A DNA stretch of 64,000 bases from positions 1 through 64,000 of the forward strand of contig CAVPPZ010000014.1 of NCBI GenBank assembly GCA_963707305.1, in the 5' to 3' direction. The DNA is from an uncultured Candidatus Rokubacteria bacterium. Lineage in GTDB: Bacteria; Methylomirabilota; Methylomirabilia; Rokubacteriales; CSP1-6. The notes under the pieces are model-generated. The model was not told the DNA's origin. It was given only the letters and a program-made list of their open reading frames with translations, and ran no database searches. The translations under genes were made by a program, and so were the position numbers. Shown here piece by piece: positions 19,280 to 30,052 of the stretch. Position 1 is the first letter of the stretch. Each line of letters starts with the position of its first letter.

Positions 19280-20463
19280 GGGCCCTCGCGCTCGTCGCGC
19301 TCGCGCTGCTGACCGCGGCCTGCGGAGACCGGGCGACCGCGCAGAAGCCGCCGCCCGCCGCGCCGCCGGTGCCGGTCATGGTGGCCGACGCCGTCGAGCG
19401 CATGGTCCCGCTCCAGGTGAGCGCCGTGGGCAACGTCCAGGCGCTCACGACCGTGGGCGTGAAGTCGCAGGTCGCGGGCGAGATCAAGGAGGTCCACTTC
19501 GCCGAGGGCCGCGACGTGAAGCGCGGCGATCTCCTGTTCACCATCGATCCGCGGCCCTTCGAGACCGCGCTGCGCCAGGCGGAAGCGGCGCTGGGGCAGC
19601 GCCAGGCCGAGGTGAGCCAGGCGCGCGCCAACATCGCGCGCGACGTCGCCCAGCTCGAGTGGATGCAGTCGCAGGAGGGCCGGTACCGCGAGCTGCTCTC
19701 GAAGGAGCTGATCGCGCGTGAGCAGTACGAGCAGATCCGGGCCAACGCGGCGGCGATGGAGGCCTCGGTGCGCGCGGTGCGCGCCGCGGAGGAGAACGCG
19801 CGGGCGGCCGTGACGGCAGCGCAAGCCACCGTCGAGAACGCCCGTCTCCAGCTCTCCTACACGAAGATCCACGCGCCGATCGACGGGCGCACCGGGAACC
19901 TGCTCGTGCAGCGCGGCAACGTGCTCAAGGCCAACGAGGACAACCCGCTCGTCGTGATCGCGCAGGTCGAGCCGATCTATGCCTCGTTCGGCGTCCCCGA
20001 GCAGCAGCTCGCCGCCATCCGGCACCACCAGGCCGCGGCCGGGCTCAGGGCCGAGGCGCGCGTGCCCGGACACGGCAGCGAGACCGGCACGCTGACGTTC
20101 GTCAACAACACCGTCGATCCGACCACGGGGACGATCCAGCTCAAGGCCACGTTCCTCAATGCGAAGAAGGTCCTCTGGCCGGGGCAGTTCGTGGAGGTCA
20201 CGCTCACGCTGGCCAGCGAGCACGCCGTGGTCGTGCCGTCGCAGGCGATCCAGGCGGGCCAGCAGGGACCGTTCGTCTTCGTGGTGAAGCCGGATCTGCG
20301 CGTGGAGTCGCGGAAGGTCCAGGCGGGCCGGCGCCTCGAGCGCGAGACGATCGTCACGAGCGGCCTCAAGGCCGGCGAGCGCGTCGTCACCGACGGGCAT
20401 CTGCGTCTCGTGCCCGGCGCCAAGGTCGACATCAAGACGCCCGCGCCCGCGAAGACGTCGTGA
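19276..20463 (+). CDS. efflux RND transporter periplasmic adaptor subunit (MFP)
   Basis: Lipoprotein signal MRALALVALALLTAACG, a coiled-coil region and a beta-barrel C-terminus. GTGA overlap with the permease gene. Confidence 0.85.
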   Translation: MRALALVALALLTAACGDRATAQKPPPAAPPVPVMVADAVERMVPLQVSAVGNVQALTTVGVKSQVAGEIKEVHFAEGRDVKRGDLLFTIDPRPFETALRQAEAALGQRQAEVSQARANIARDVAQLEWMQSQEGRYRELLSKELIAREQYEQIRANAAAMEASVRAVRAAEENARAAVTAAQATVENARLQLSYTKIHAPIDGRTGNLLVQRGNVLKANEDNPLVVIAQVEPIYASFGVPEQQLAAIRHHQAAAGLRAEARVPGHGSETGTLTFVNNTVDPTTGTIQLKATFLNAKKVLWPGQFVEVTLTLASEHAVVVPSQAIQAGQQGPFVFVVKPDLRVESRKVQAGRRLERETIVTSGLKAGERVVTDGHLRLVPGAKVDIKTPAPAKTS

Positions 20464-23400
20464 AGCCCGAGCTCTTCATCCGGCGCCCCGTCCTCACGAC
20501 GCTGCTCATGGCCGCCGTCGTGATCTTCGGGCTCATGGCGTACATCCGCCTGCCGGTCAACGACTTGCCGAACGTCGACTACCCGACGATCCAGGTCATC
20601 GCCAACGTCCCGGGCGCGAGCCCGGAAACGATGGCGTCCGCCGTGGCCACGCCCCTCGAGCGCCAGTTCTCGACGATCGCGGGCATCGATTCGATGACGT
20701 CCACGAGCGCGCTCGGTGTCACGCAGATCATGGTGACGTTCGCGTTCGACCGGAACATCGACGCCGCGGGCCAGGACATCCAGGCCGCCATCGCCAAGAC
20801 GGCGCCGCTGCTGCCGCCCGGCATGCCGACGCCGCCGATCTACCAGAAGGTGAACCCGGCGGACCAGCCCATCCTCTTCATGGCGCTCTCGTCGCCGACG
20901 CTGCCGCTCTACACGGTGGACGAGTACGCGCAGACCTTCCTCGCGCAGCGGATCTCGACCGTCAGCGGCGTGGCGCAGGTCACGGTGTTCGGCTCCCAGA
21001 AGTACGCGGTCCGCGTGCAGGTCGACCCGCGCGCGCTCGTGACCCGCGGGATCGGCATCGACGAGGTGGAGCAGGCGGTCGCGCGCGCCAACGTCAACAA
21101 GCCGACCGGCATCCTGTCCGGCCCGCATCAGTCCGTGAACGTGCAGGCGACCGGGCAGCTCATGGACGCGGAGGCGTACCGGCCGCTGGTGGTGGCGTAC
21201 CGCAACGGCTCGCCCGTGCGGCTGGCCGAGCTCGGACGCGTGGTCGACGGCGTGCAGAGCGACAAGGTCGCGGGCTGGTTCAACGACGAGCGCGCGGTCG
21301 TCCTCGCCGTCCAGCGGCAGCCGGGCACGAACACGATCCAGATCGTCGACGCGATCAAGCAGATGCTGCCGAGCCTCCGCCAGCAGATCCCCGCGGCGGT
21401 GAACCTCAACGTCGTCTTCGATCGCTCGGTCGCCATCCGCGAGTCGGTGCACGACGTCCAGCTCACGCTCGTCCTCACGATCGGACTGGTCGTGATGGTG
21501 ATCTTCCTCTTCCTGCGCAACGTCTCGGCGACGATCATCCCGAGCCTCGCCGTGCCGCTCTCGATCGTGGGCACGTTCGGCGTGATGTTCCTGTTCGGAT
21601 ACTCCGTGAACATCATCACGCTCATGGCGTTGACCCTCTGCGTGGGGTTCGTCGTCGACGACGCGGTCGTCGTCCTCGAGAACATCGTCCGGCACATGGA
21701 GGCGGGCGAGGACCGCCTGACGGCCGCGCTCAACGGCGCGCGCGAGATCGGCTTCACGATCGTCTCGATGACGCTGTCGCTCGCCGCGGTGTTCATCCCC
21801 GTCCTCTTCATGGGCGGCCTCGTCGGGCGGCTCCTGAAGGAGTTCGCGGTCACCATCATGGTCGCGGTGCTCGTCTCGGGCGTGGTCTCGCTGACGCTCA
21901 CGCCGATGCTCTGCAGCCGCTTCCTTCGGCCGCCGCACGGCGGGCACAACCGCCTCTACCAGTGGTCGGAGCGCGTCTTCGACGGCATGCTCCGCGTGTA
22001 CGACCGGACGTTGCAGTGGTCGCTGCGGTACCACCGCGTGACGATCGTCCTGTTCGTCCTGACGTTCGTCGGGACGGTCTGGTGCTTCCGCGTGATCCCG
22101 ACCGGGTTCATCCCGACCGAGGACAACGGCACGATGTTCGCGTTCACGGAGGCGTCGCAGGACATCTCGTTCGACGCGATGGCGGAGCGCCAGCGCGCGG
22201 TGGCGCAGATCGTCCGGGAGCATCCGCACGTCCAGCAGCTCGTGTCGTTCATCGGCGCGTCCGGCTCGAGCACCGTGCTCAACAACGGCCGCGTGTTCGC
22301 GCTGCTGAAGCCACGCGAGGGACGCCCCCACGCGGAAAAGATCATCCAGGACCTGCGCCCGCAGCTCGCCACCGTGCCGGGCATCCGCGTGTACCCGCAG
22401 ATCCTCCCGACCATCCGGATCGGCCAGCTCACGAAGGCCGTGTACCAGTACACGCTGCAGAGCCCGGACACGCAGGAGCTCTATTACTGGGCGCCGCTCC
22501 TCTACGAGCGGCTGCGCGGCTTGCCGGGATTGCAGGACGTCAACACCGATCTCCAGCTCTCGAGCCCGCAGATCACCGTGGACATCGACCGGGACAAGGC
22601 CTCCGCGCACGGCGTGACGGTCGACCAGATCGAGAGCGCGCTCGGCGCCGCGTACGGCTCGAAGCAGGTGTCCACGATCTTCACACCCTCGAACCAGTAC
22701 TGGGTGATCCTCGAGGTCGATCCGGAGTTCCAGAAGGACGCGAGCGCGCTCGATCGCCTCTACGTTCGCTCGGGCCGCGGGCCGCTCGTGCCGCTCAACG
22801 CCGTCGCGCGGCTGGTCCCTGGCGTGGGGCCGCTCACCGTGAACCACCTCGGGCAGTTGCCGGCGGTCACGGTGTCGTTCAACACGCGGCCCGGGGTCGC
22901 GCTCTCCGACGCGGTCGCGCAGGTCGAGGCCGTCCAGCGCGAGCTCCGCGTGCCGGCCACCGTGTCGATGACGTTCCAGGGCACCGCCCAGGCGTTCCAG
23001 GACTCGCTCAAGGGGCAGGGGATCTTGCTGCTGGTGACGATCCTCGTGATCTACCTGATCCTCGGCGTCCTCTACGAGAGCTTCATCCACCCGCTGACGA
23101 TCCTGTCGGGGCTGCCCTCGGCAGGCCTCGGCGCGCTGGCGACGCTGCTCCTGTTCAACCTCGAGCTCAACGTCTACGGCTTCGTCGGCCTGATCATGCT
23201 CGTGGGCATCGTGAAGAAGAACGCGATCATGATGATCGACTTCGCGATGGAGGCGGAGCGCGCGGGCGCGACGCCGCGTGACGCGATCTACCAGGGCTGC
23301 CTGCTGCGCTTCCGGCCGATCATGATGACGACGATGGCGGCGCTGCTCGGGACGTTGCCGATCGCCCTCGGGATCGGCGCCGGCGCGGACGCGCGGCGCT

Positions 23401-23579
23401 CGCTCGGCCTCGCGGTGGTCGGCGGCCTGGTCGTCTCGCAGCTCCTGACGCTCTACATCACGCCGGTGCTCTACCTGTACATGGAGGGCGCCCAGAAGTG
23501 GATGGCGAGCCAGCCGGTGTCACGGATCCTTCGCTGGCGCCGCGGGGAGATCACCTCCGCGCACCCCGCACGCGGCTAG
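20460..23579 (+). CDS. efflux RND transporter permease subunit (AcrB/HAE1-like)
   Basis: 1039-aa intact ORF with 12 transmembrane helices and two large periplasmic loops. Typical start MKPELFIRRPVLTTLLM. Confidence 0.9.
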   Translation: MKPELFIRRPVLTTLLMAAVVIFGLMAYIRLPVNDLPNVDYPTIQVIANVPGASPETMASAVATPLERQFSTIAGIDSMTSTSALGVTQIMVTFAFDRNIDAAGQDIQAAIAKTAPLLPPGMPTPPIYQKVNPADQPILFMALSSPTLPLYTVDEYAQTFLAQRISTVSGVAQVTVFGSQKYAVRVQVDPRALVTRGIGIDEVEQAVARANVNKPTGILSGPHQSVNVQATGQLMDAEAYRPLVVAYRNGSPVRLAELGRVVDGVQSDKVAGWFNDERAVVLAVQRQPGTNTIQIVDAIKQMLPSLRQQIPAAVNLNVVFDRSVAIRESVHDVQLTLVLTIGLVVMVIFLFLRNVSATIIPSLAVPLSIVGTFGVMFLFGYSVNIITLMALTLCVGFVVDDAVVVLENIVRHMEAGEDRLTAALNGAREIGFTIVSMTLSLAAVFIPVLFMGGLVGRLLKEFAVTIMVAVLVSGVVSLTLTPMLCSRFLRPPHGGHNRLYQWSERVFDGMLRVYDRTLQWSLRYHRVTIVLFVLTFVGTVWCFRVIPTGFIPTEDNGTMFAFTEASQDISFDAMAERQRAVAQIVREHPHVQQLVSFIGASGSSTVLNNGRVFALLKPREGRPHAEKIIQDLRPQLATVPGIRVYPQILPTIRIGQLTKAVYQYTLQSPDTQELYYWAPLLYERLRGLPGLQDVNTDLQLSSPQITVDIDRDKASAHGVTVDQIESALGAAYGSKQVSTIFTPSNQYWVILEVDPEFQKDASALDRLYVRSGRGPLVPLNAVARLVPGVGPLTVNHLGQLPAVTVSFNTRPGVALSDAVAQVEAVQRELRVPATVSMTFQGTAQAFQDSLKGQGILLLVTILVIYLILGVLYESFIHPLTILSGLPSAGLGALATLLLFNLELNVYGFVGLIMLVGIVKKNAIMMIDFAMEAERAGATPRDAIYQGCLLRFRPIMMTTMAALLGTLPIALGIGAGADARRSLGLAVVGGLVVSQLLTLYITPVLYLYMEGAQKWMASQPVSRILRWRRGEITSAHPARG

Positions 23580-24031
23580 CGCGCGCCGAACCCTCGCGCC
23601 ATGAAGCTCGCCACGAACACGATGAGGAGCACCACGGCCATCTCGACGTGGTTGATGACGTAGAGCGTGCGGGCGCCCGACGTGTCGGGCGTCTGGCCGC
23701 GGCCGCGGAGCGCGCGCCAGCGGATGAACGTCAGCATCGGACGGATCTCGAGGGCCACGACGAGCACGAACAGCGTCATCTTCGTCCAGAACAGCGACGA
23801 GCCCAGGTAGAACGCGCTACCCTTCTCGAGACCCGCGAACGCGCGCAGGAGTCCCGTCCCGAGCCACAGCGCGGCGGCGACGCCCCAGGCCGTGTCGGCG
23901 GCGAACAGCCGTCCGAAGCCCGCGGCGTCGAGCGGGGCACGGAGGGCGCGCCCGCGCAGCCACACCGCGGGGAGGCCGATGGCGAGCGCGAGGACGTGGA
24001 GGGCGGAGACGATGGCGGCCGCGGCGGGCAT
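23576..24031 (-). CDS. DUF2214-like small integral membrane protein
   Basis: 151 aa with 4 predicted transmembrane helices. ATG 24031 diverges from yfbR. The upstream in-frame extension to 24430 is rejected. Confidence 0.5.
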   Translation of the reverse strand: MPAAAAIVSALHVLALAIGLPAVWLRGRALRAPLDAAGFGRLFAADTAWGVAAALWLGTGLLRAFAGLEKGSAFYLGSSLFWTKMTLFVLVVALEIRPMLTFIRWRALRGRGQTPDTSGARTLYVINHVEMAVVLLIVFVASFMARGFGAR

Positions 24032-24049
24032 GCTGAGGGAATTGTACTC

Positions 24050-24628
24050 ATGAGTCACCTGTTCGCGTACCTGTCGCGCATGAAGTTCATCCGCCGCTGG
24101 GGCCTCATGCACAACACGTATCCGGAGAACATCCAGGAGCACAGCCTGCGCGTCGCGATGATCGCGCACGCGCTCGCGGTGATCCGGAACCGGCACTGCG
24201 GCGGGCACGTCAGCCCCGAGCGCGCGGCGCTGCTCGCGCTCTATCACGACGCGGGCGAGGTCCTGACCGGCGACATGCCCGCGCCGGTGAAGTACTTCAA
24301 CCCGGAGATCCGCGCCGCGTACCGCGAGATCGAGGCGGCGGCGCACGATCGGCTCTTCTCGATGGTGCCCGAGGCGCTCAAGGACGACTACCGGCCGCTG
24401 CTGTTCCCCGCGGAGAGCGACCGGCCGCACTGGGAGCTCGTCAAGGCGGCGGACAAGGTGTGCGCGTACGTGAAGTGTCTCGAGGAGGTGGCCGCCGGCA
24501 ACAACGAGTTCGCGAAGGCGTCGAGCGCCCTCCGGGCCGCGGTCGACGCGCTCGATCTGCCGGAGGTGCGGTACTTCATGGAGACGTTCGCCCCGAGCTT
24601 CCGTCTGACCCTCGACGAGCTCGGATAG
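24050..24628 (+). CDS. yfbR: HD-domain 5'-deoxynucleotidase YfbR-like
   Basis: MSHLFAYLSRMKFIRRWGL...HSLRVAMIAHALA...YHDAGEVLTGD, i.e. the HD motif. 192 aa. Confidence 0.8.
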   Translation: MSHLFAYLSRMKFIRRWGLMHNTYPENIQEHSLRVAMIAHALAVIRNRHCGGHVSPERAALLALYHDAGEVLTGDMPAPVKYFNPEIRAAYREIEAAAHDRLFSMVPEALKDDYRPLLFPAESDRPHWELVKAADKVCAYVKCLEEVAAGNNEFAKASSALRAAVDALDLPEVRYFMETFAPSFRLTLDELG

Positions 24629-24639
24629 GAGCAGGACAG

Positions 24640-26611
24640 ATGGCGCAGATCGACGCCGCGAGCATTCTCGAGTCGAGTCCGAGCACGTGGGAGATCACCA
24701 CCGCGGGAGACGGTCCTCGCGGCCGTCTGCCGCTCACCGCGGAGATGCTCCTGGAGCGCCCGAGCGGCGACATCTTCGGGCTGACGCAGAACGCGGGCAT
24801 GGGATGGAATCCTCGCGAGCTGGGGCGTCCGCAGTACCTCATCCTCAGCACGCAGGGCGGGATCCGCGCGCCGGACGGGCACGCCGATCGCGCTCGGCTA
24901 TCACACCGGCCACTGGGAGATCGGCCTGCTTGATGCGAGGCGGCCGCGCGGGAGCTGGCGGCGCTCGAGTGCCTGCCCTTCGCCGCCTTCTGCTCCGATC
25001 CCTGCGACGGCCGCACGCAAGGCACCGTCGGCATGATGGACAGCCTCGCGTATCGCAACGACGCGGCGCTCGTCTTCCGCCGGCTGATCCGCTCGCTGCC
25101 GACGCGGCAAGGCGTGCTCGGCGTCGCGACCTGCGACAAGGGGCTGCCCGCGATGATGCTGGCGCTGGCGGCGATGCGCGATCTGCCGAGCGTGCTCGTG
25201 CCGGGCGGCGTGACGCTGCCGCCGCGCGACGGCGAGGACGCCGGCAAGGTCCAGTCGATCGGCGCGCGCTTCGCGCACGGCGAGATGACGCTCGAGGAGG
25301 CCGCCGACCTCGGCTGCCGCGCGTGCGGCTCGCCGGGCGGCGGCTGCCAGTTCCTCGGCACGGCCGCCACGTCGCAGGTGGTCGGCGAGGCGCTCGGCCT
25401 GACGCTGCCGCACTCGGCGCTCGCGCCGTCGGGACAGCCGATCTGGCTCGACATGGCGCGCCGCTCGGCCCGCGCGCTCGTCGCGCTGCGCGCGCGCGGC
25501 CTCACCACGCGCGACATCGTCACCGACGCGGCGGTGCGGAACGCGATGGTCGTGCACGCGGCGTTCGGCGGATCGACCAATCTGCTGCTGCACCTGCCGG
25601 CGATCGCGCATGCGGCCGGCCTCCGGCGCCCGACGCGTGGACGACTGGATCGCGGTCAACCGGCGCGTCCCGCGCCTCGTCGACGTGCTGCCGAACGGTC
25701 CCGTCGGCCATCCGACCGTGCGCGTGTTCCTCGCCGGCGGCGTGCCCGAGGTGATGCTCCATCTGCGACGCCTCGGCCTGCTCGACGAGACGTGTCTCAC
25801 GGTCTCCGGCGACTCGCTCGGCAAGAACCTCGACTGGTGGGAGTCCTCGGCGCGGCGGCGCGCGATGCGCGAGCGGCTGCGCGTCGCGGACGGCGTCGAT
25901 CCCGACGACGTGATCATGGATCCGGACCGCGCCCGCGCGCGCGGCCTCACGAGCACGGTGACGTTTCCGCGCGGCAACCTCGCGCCCGAAGGCTCCGTCA
26001 TCAAGAGCACGGCGATCGATCCCTCGGTGGTCGACGCCGACGGCGTCTACCGGAAGACGGGGCCCGCGCGCGTCTTCACGCGCGAGCGCGACGCGATCGC
26101 CGCGATCAAGAGTCGCGGCGACGATCGGCTCAAGCCGGGCGACGTGCTGGTGCTGATCTGCCGCGGGCCGCTCGGCGCCGGGATGGAGGAGATCTATCAG
26201 ATCACCGCCGCGCTGAAGCATCTGACGTTCGGCAAGCACGTCGCCGTGCTCACGGACGCGCGCTTCTCCGGCGTGTCCACGGGCGCGTGCATCGGCCACG
26301 TCGGGCCCGAGGCGCTCGCGGGCGGACCGATCGGCAAGGTCGTGGACGGCGATCTCATCCGGATCGTCGTCGATCGGAACCGTCTCGAAGGCAGCGTGGA
26401 CCTCGTGGGCGCGCCCGGTACCGCGGTGGGCGCGGAGGAAGGGGACCGGCTGCTCGCCACGCGCGCCGCGCGGCCGGACCTGGCGGCGGACCCCGACCTC
26501 TCACCGGACACGAAGCTCTGGGCCGCGCTGCAGCAGGTGGGCGGCGGCACCTGGGGCGGGTGCGTCTACGACGCGGACGCGATCGCTACGGCGCTTCGGC
26601 CGGCACGGTAG
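24640..26611 (+). CDS. IlvD/EDD-family dehydratase (dihydroxy-acid/sugar-acid dehydratase-like; at least 2 frameshifts)
   Basis: Three frame segments. Segment 1 is [11 protein letters not shown]...GMGWNP. Segment 2 begins after a shift near 24925 and contains ...[30 protein letters not shown]...CDKGLPAMM...[10 protein letters not shown]. Segment 3 begins after a shift near 25625 and contains ...[21 protein letters not shown]...[17 protein letters not shown] to the stop at 26611. Confidence 0.75.
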
Positions 26612-27422
26612 GCGGCGTCGCCGCCGCGCTGACCTGAGTCTCTGACGCGGCCGCCGATGCCGGTAAGGCGTTCGCCGTGCTGCGGCCATCGGTGAACGCC
26701 GCCGACGTGACGCCCGGATCATTCTTGCTCGATCGCGGCGGCTCGACCGTGTGCCGCGTGAGCTGCAGGCGTGTCGGCTCCGACGCGGACGGCGGCGCCG
26801 GCGTGGCGCCAGGGGCCGCTCCGGGCTTCGCCGGAGTCCCGGCGTGCGCGACAGCCGCGCGGCTGAGGACGCGTGCGACGAAGGCGCGCGTCTCCGGATA
26901 CGGCGGCACCCCTTTGTGCTTGAGCACGGCCTGCGCCCCGGCGTTGTAGGCGGCGAGCGCCAGCGGAACGTCGCCGGAGAATCGATCGATGAGATCGCGC
27001 AGGTGACGCGCGCCGCCGTCGACGTTGTCGGCCGGATTGAACGCGTCGCGGACCCCGAGCATCGCGGCGGTCGACGGCATCAGCTGCATCAGCCCGACCG
27101 CGCCACGGCGCGACACGGCGCGCGGATTCGCGTCCGACTCGACGGAGATGACCGCCGCCACGAGGGACTCCGGCAGCCGGTGACGCGCCGCGGCCTCACG
27201 CACGTGACGCGCGATCACCGCGGCGCTATGGCGAGAGGCGTGGCGGAGTGGTCGCACGCGCCTCGCATCGTCGGTGCCGCGGGACGACGCATGGGTGTGA
27301 GGCGCGCCGGCGATGGCAGCCGCGGGCCCAGGCATGGTCGCGTGCGCCGGGATCCGCGAGGACCCGTACACGAGACCACCCATGGCCAGGACGACGCCCA
27401 GCCCGACCACGTCTGTTCTCAT
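26586..27422 (-). CDS. lytic transglycosylase domain protein (SLT)
   Basis: Signal peptide, then the SLT catalytic motif [25 protein letters not shown] and AYNAG. The C-terminus is Pro/Ala-rich low complexity. Confidence 0.8.
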   Translation of the reverse strand: MRTDVVGLGVVLAMGGLVYGSSRIPAHATMPGPAAAIAGAPHTHASSRGTDDARRVRPLRHASRHSAAVIARHVREAAARHRLPESLVAAVISVESDANPRAVSRRGAVGLMQLMPSTAAMLGVRDAFNPADNVDGGARHLRDLIDRFSGDVPLALAAYNAGAQAVLKHKGVPPYPETRAFVARVLSRAAVAHAGTPAKPGAAPGATPAPPSASEPTRLQLTRHTVEPPRSSKNDPGVTSAAFTDGRSTANALPASAAASETQVSAAATPPTVPAEAP

Positions 27423-27606
27423 CTCGGGGGCCGGGCAGCAACGGGGGTGCCACGGGTGGTGCCGCGACGCGCAACGTACGCTGACGCGAACTTGCGAGAC
27501 GGGGCGGCCGCCCCTCGTCCGGGGGGCGTCCGGAGGGTGACAGCCGTGTCAGGGCGCTCCGGTGTTCTCCATCCCGAGCTTCGGGTATACTCCCCACGTG
27601 CTTGCG

Positions 27607-28161
27607 ATGAGTTCTCGCATGCTCGCTGCGGCGGCTGGCGCCGTGCTCTTCGTGATGACGTCGGTCGCGACCGCCGACCAGTCGACGCTCCCGAAGTCCA
27701 CCGTCCTCGCCGACTTCGGGTTCTCGTTGAGCGCGCCCGCGCTCGACAAGAACGCCATCACGTTCACCGACCGTGGTCTGCTCGTCCCCACGCCGTGGGG
27801 ACTGTTCGAGGCGACGATCGTCTCGACGCCCGTGGATCGCATGGTGCGGGTCCCGCTGAGCCCGAACACCGATCCGGGGAACCAGCGGTTCCAGCCCTAC
27901 GTCACCGCGGGCTCCCGGAAGAACGTCGACGGCGACTCGGTCCTCGAGCAGGCCCGGCCCTCGGCCTTCGTCGATACGGCTCGTACGGACCTCAAGGCGG
28001 GTGCCGGGGTGCTGTTCAAGCTCGACGACAACGTCGAGCTGTTCGGGGAGTACCAGTTCATGCGCGTCCGTCGGGACGACGGGCGGGGCCCGTCCCTGGG
28101 GCCGCTCGGCGGGACGCTGGACGCGAGCGGGTTTTCGCTCGGAATCTCCGTTCGTTACTGA
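27607..28161 (+). CDS. outer-membrane beta-barrel protein (OmpW/porin-like, ends ...GISVRY)
   Basis: ATG 27607 gives MSSRMLAAAAGAVLFVMTSVATA, a signal peptide. Alternating beta-strand pattern with a C-terminal aromatic residue. A TATACT -10-like hexamer lies 20 nt upstream. Confidence 0.55.
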   Translation: MSSRMLAAAAGAVLFVMTSVATADQSTLPKSTVLADFGFSLSAPALDKNAITFTDRGLLVPTPWGLFEATIVSTPVDRMVRVPLSPNTDPGNQRFQPYVTAGSRKNVDGDSVLEQARPSAFVDTARTDLKAGAGVLFKLDDNVELFGEYQFMRVRRDDGRGPSLGPLGGTLDASGFSLGISVRY

Positions 28162-28351
28162 ACACCCCCCTCCGCCACCCCGTGTAATTCCGGGGGTGCC
28201 CACCGGCTGACAGCCGTCAGGACGCTGACGTAACGCTCACCCCCTTGCGCTTGCGTTCGTGCGCGTCTTTTCAACTAGTTGTCGGATCTCAGGCATGGCG
28301 CGGGACTTGCCGCTCAAGGCCCCCAGGAACTCACCCGTCCAGGGAGCGTCC

Positions 28352-29248
28352 ATGCTAGGAGAGGTTCGGGGAACGGTGCGGTTCAAGGAGCCCCTCAGCT
28401 TCTACACGTCGCTGAGGACCGGAGGGTTGGCGGACATCTTCGTAGCCCCTCAAGATCTGGATGACGTCCGACATACCCTCGCATTCGCCGAGCGCCAGCA
28501 GCTGCCGCTGGTGATCCTGGGCGGCGGCAACAAGGTCCTCGTGCGCGACGGGGGCGTCCGCGCCGTGGTGATGAAGCTCGAGGGCTGCCTGGCGCGGGCT
28601 GACTTCCACGGGGAAGAAGCCGTCGTGGGAGGCGGCATGGGGCTGGCGGCGTTGATCCGGCATGCCGCGGCCCATGAGCTCGGCGGGATCGAGCCGCTGG
28701 TCGGGATCCCGGCCACGGTGGGCGGCGCCATCGCGACGAACGCGGGCACCGCGGACGGCTGGATCGGCGACTACCTTTCGGCGGTGTACTACCTGTCCCC
28801 GGACGGCAGCTTCGGCGAGCACAAGCCCTCGACCACGCCCATGGCCGAACGGCGCATCGACCTCCCGCCCGGCGCGGTGGTCGTCGGCTGCCGCCTGCGC
28901 TTCCAGCGGCGCACGACGCGGGAGATCCAGCGCGACGTGAAGCAGCGCCTCAAGCAGAAGAACATCGCGCAGCCGCTGGCCCTCGCGTCGGCCGGCACGA
29001 TCTGGAAGGATCCGCCCGGCCTCAGCGCCGTCCGCCTCATCGAGAAGTCGGGCCTGCGCGGCAAGCGCGTCGGGAGCGCCGAGATCTCGGCGAAGCACCC
29101 GAACTACATCATCAACCGGGGCGGCGCCAGGGCGACGGACGTCATCGAGCTGATGGAACTGACGCGCGAGCGCGTGCGGACGCACTTCCAGGTCACCCTG
29201 GAAGAGGACATCCAGATCCTCGGGGAGCCGGTCGGCCGCGCGAGTTAG
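28352..29248 (+). CDS. murB: UDP-N-acetylmuramate dehydrogenase
   Basis: AGGGAG ribosome-binding site plus ATG 28352. FAD-binding N-terminus FYTSLRTGGLADIFV...LVILGGGNKVLV and the MurB C-terminal domain. 298 aa. Confidence 0.85.
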   Translation: MLGEVRGTVRFKEPLSFYTSLRTGGLADIFVAPQDLDDVRHTLAFAERQQLPLVILGGGNKVLVRDGGVRAVVMKLEGCLARADFHGEEAVVGGGMGLAALIRHAAAHELGGIEPLVGIPATVGGAIATNAGTADGWIGDYLSAVYYLSPDGSFGEHKPSTTPMAERRIDLPPGAVVVGCRLRFQRRTTREIQRDVKQRLKQKNIAQPLALASAGTIWKDPPGLSAVRLIEKSGLRGKRVGSAEISAKHPNYIINRGGARATDVIELMELTRERVRTHFQVTLEEDIQILGEPVGRAS

Positions 29249-29527
29249 CTAGCGCCGCGGGCCGCGACCGCCGCCGGGCCCGGCGCCAGTCGCCTTTTCG
29301 ACCTTGATCGTCCGGCCGTCCAGGCTTGCGCCGTTCAGGCGGCTCACCGCCTGATCTGCCCCCTCCGGCGTCGCCATCTCCACGAACCCAAAGCCGCGCG
29401 AGCGGCCCGTGTCCCGGTCGGTGACGATCGTGGCGGACTCGACGGGACCCACGGCGGCAAACGCCTCCCGCAGGCTTTCAGTGGACGTGGAGTAGGAGAG
29501 GCCGCCGACGAAGAGTTTCACGGCCAT
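29249..29527 (-). CDS. RRM-domain RNA-binding protein
   Basis: 92 aa starting MAVKLFVGGL. Motifs RNP-2 (LFVGGL) and RNP-1 (RGFGFVEM). Gly-rich tail. Confidence 0.8.
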   Translation of the reverse strand: MAVKLFVGGLSYSTSTESLREAFAAVGPVESATIVTDRDTGRSRGFGFVEMATPEGADQAVSRLNGASLDGRTIKVEKATGAGPGGGRGPRR

Positions 29528-29635
29528 GAGCGATGCTCCTTGCGTATGAACAGCAGTGCACGGCGACGAACCGACCCCCCTGCGCGTGCAGTATACAGGG
29601 TCCGTTGGCGTGATTCTTGAGTCCCTGCAGCGCTG

Positions 29636-30052
29636 GTGAGAACGCGTCCAGGCTACACGATCGGTCACCCCGATGCGGATCTCGCGCGCGACGAGCGGCG
29701 GACTCGTCGCCCCGACACGGGATGCGGCAACACGCTGGACATGACGCACCCGCGGACGCTGCAGCTCATCATGGACAGCCTGCGGTACTGGATCCGGGAC
29801 ATGCACGTCGACAACACGCTGATGATCCTGGTGAACGCGTATCACGAGCCGATCGACTTCGTGCTGCCCGCCCACCCGCGCGGCGCGCGGTGGGAGATCC
29901 TGCTGGACACGCGCGGCGCGAGCGGCCAGCGCCGCCACCGCGCGCTTCGCGGGGGCGCGTCCTACGACCTCGCGGCGCGCTGTCTGGCGATGCTGAGGCT
30001 CGTGGACATGCCCTCTACCAGCCGATCTCCTGGCCGGGATTCATCAACCTGA
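29636..30052 (+). pseudogene. glycogen debranching enzyme (GlgX)-like remnant with internal deletion
   Basis: The fragment reads ...[31 protein letters not shown], which is GlgX catalytic-domain sequence. It is joined directly to the extreme C-terminal part ...[31 protein letters not shown]. The catalytic barrel between them is missing. Confidence 0.5.

Noticed and set aside
23498-24049. N-terminal extension of yfbR back to 23498 (376-aa ORF)
   Set aside because: The extension is low-complexity and overlaps the divergent DUF2214 membrane-protein gene. The conserved 5'-deoxynucleotidase sequence starts at MSHLFAYLSRMKF (ATG 24050).
29246-29251. Back-to-back convergent stop codons TAG|CTA of murB and the RRM gene forming the palindrome TAGCTA
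   Set aside because: Probably coincidental tight packing. There is no evidence of a regulatory role.
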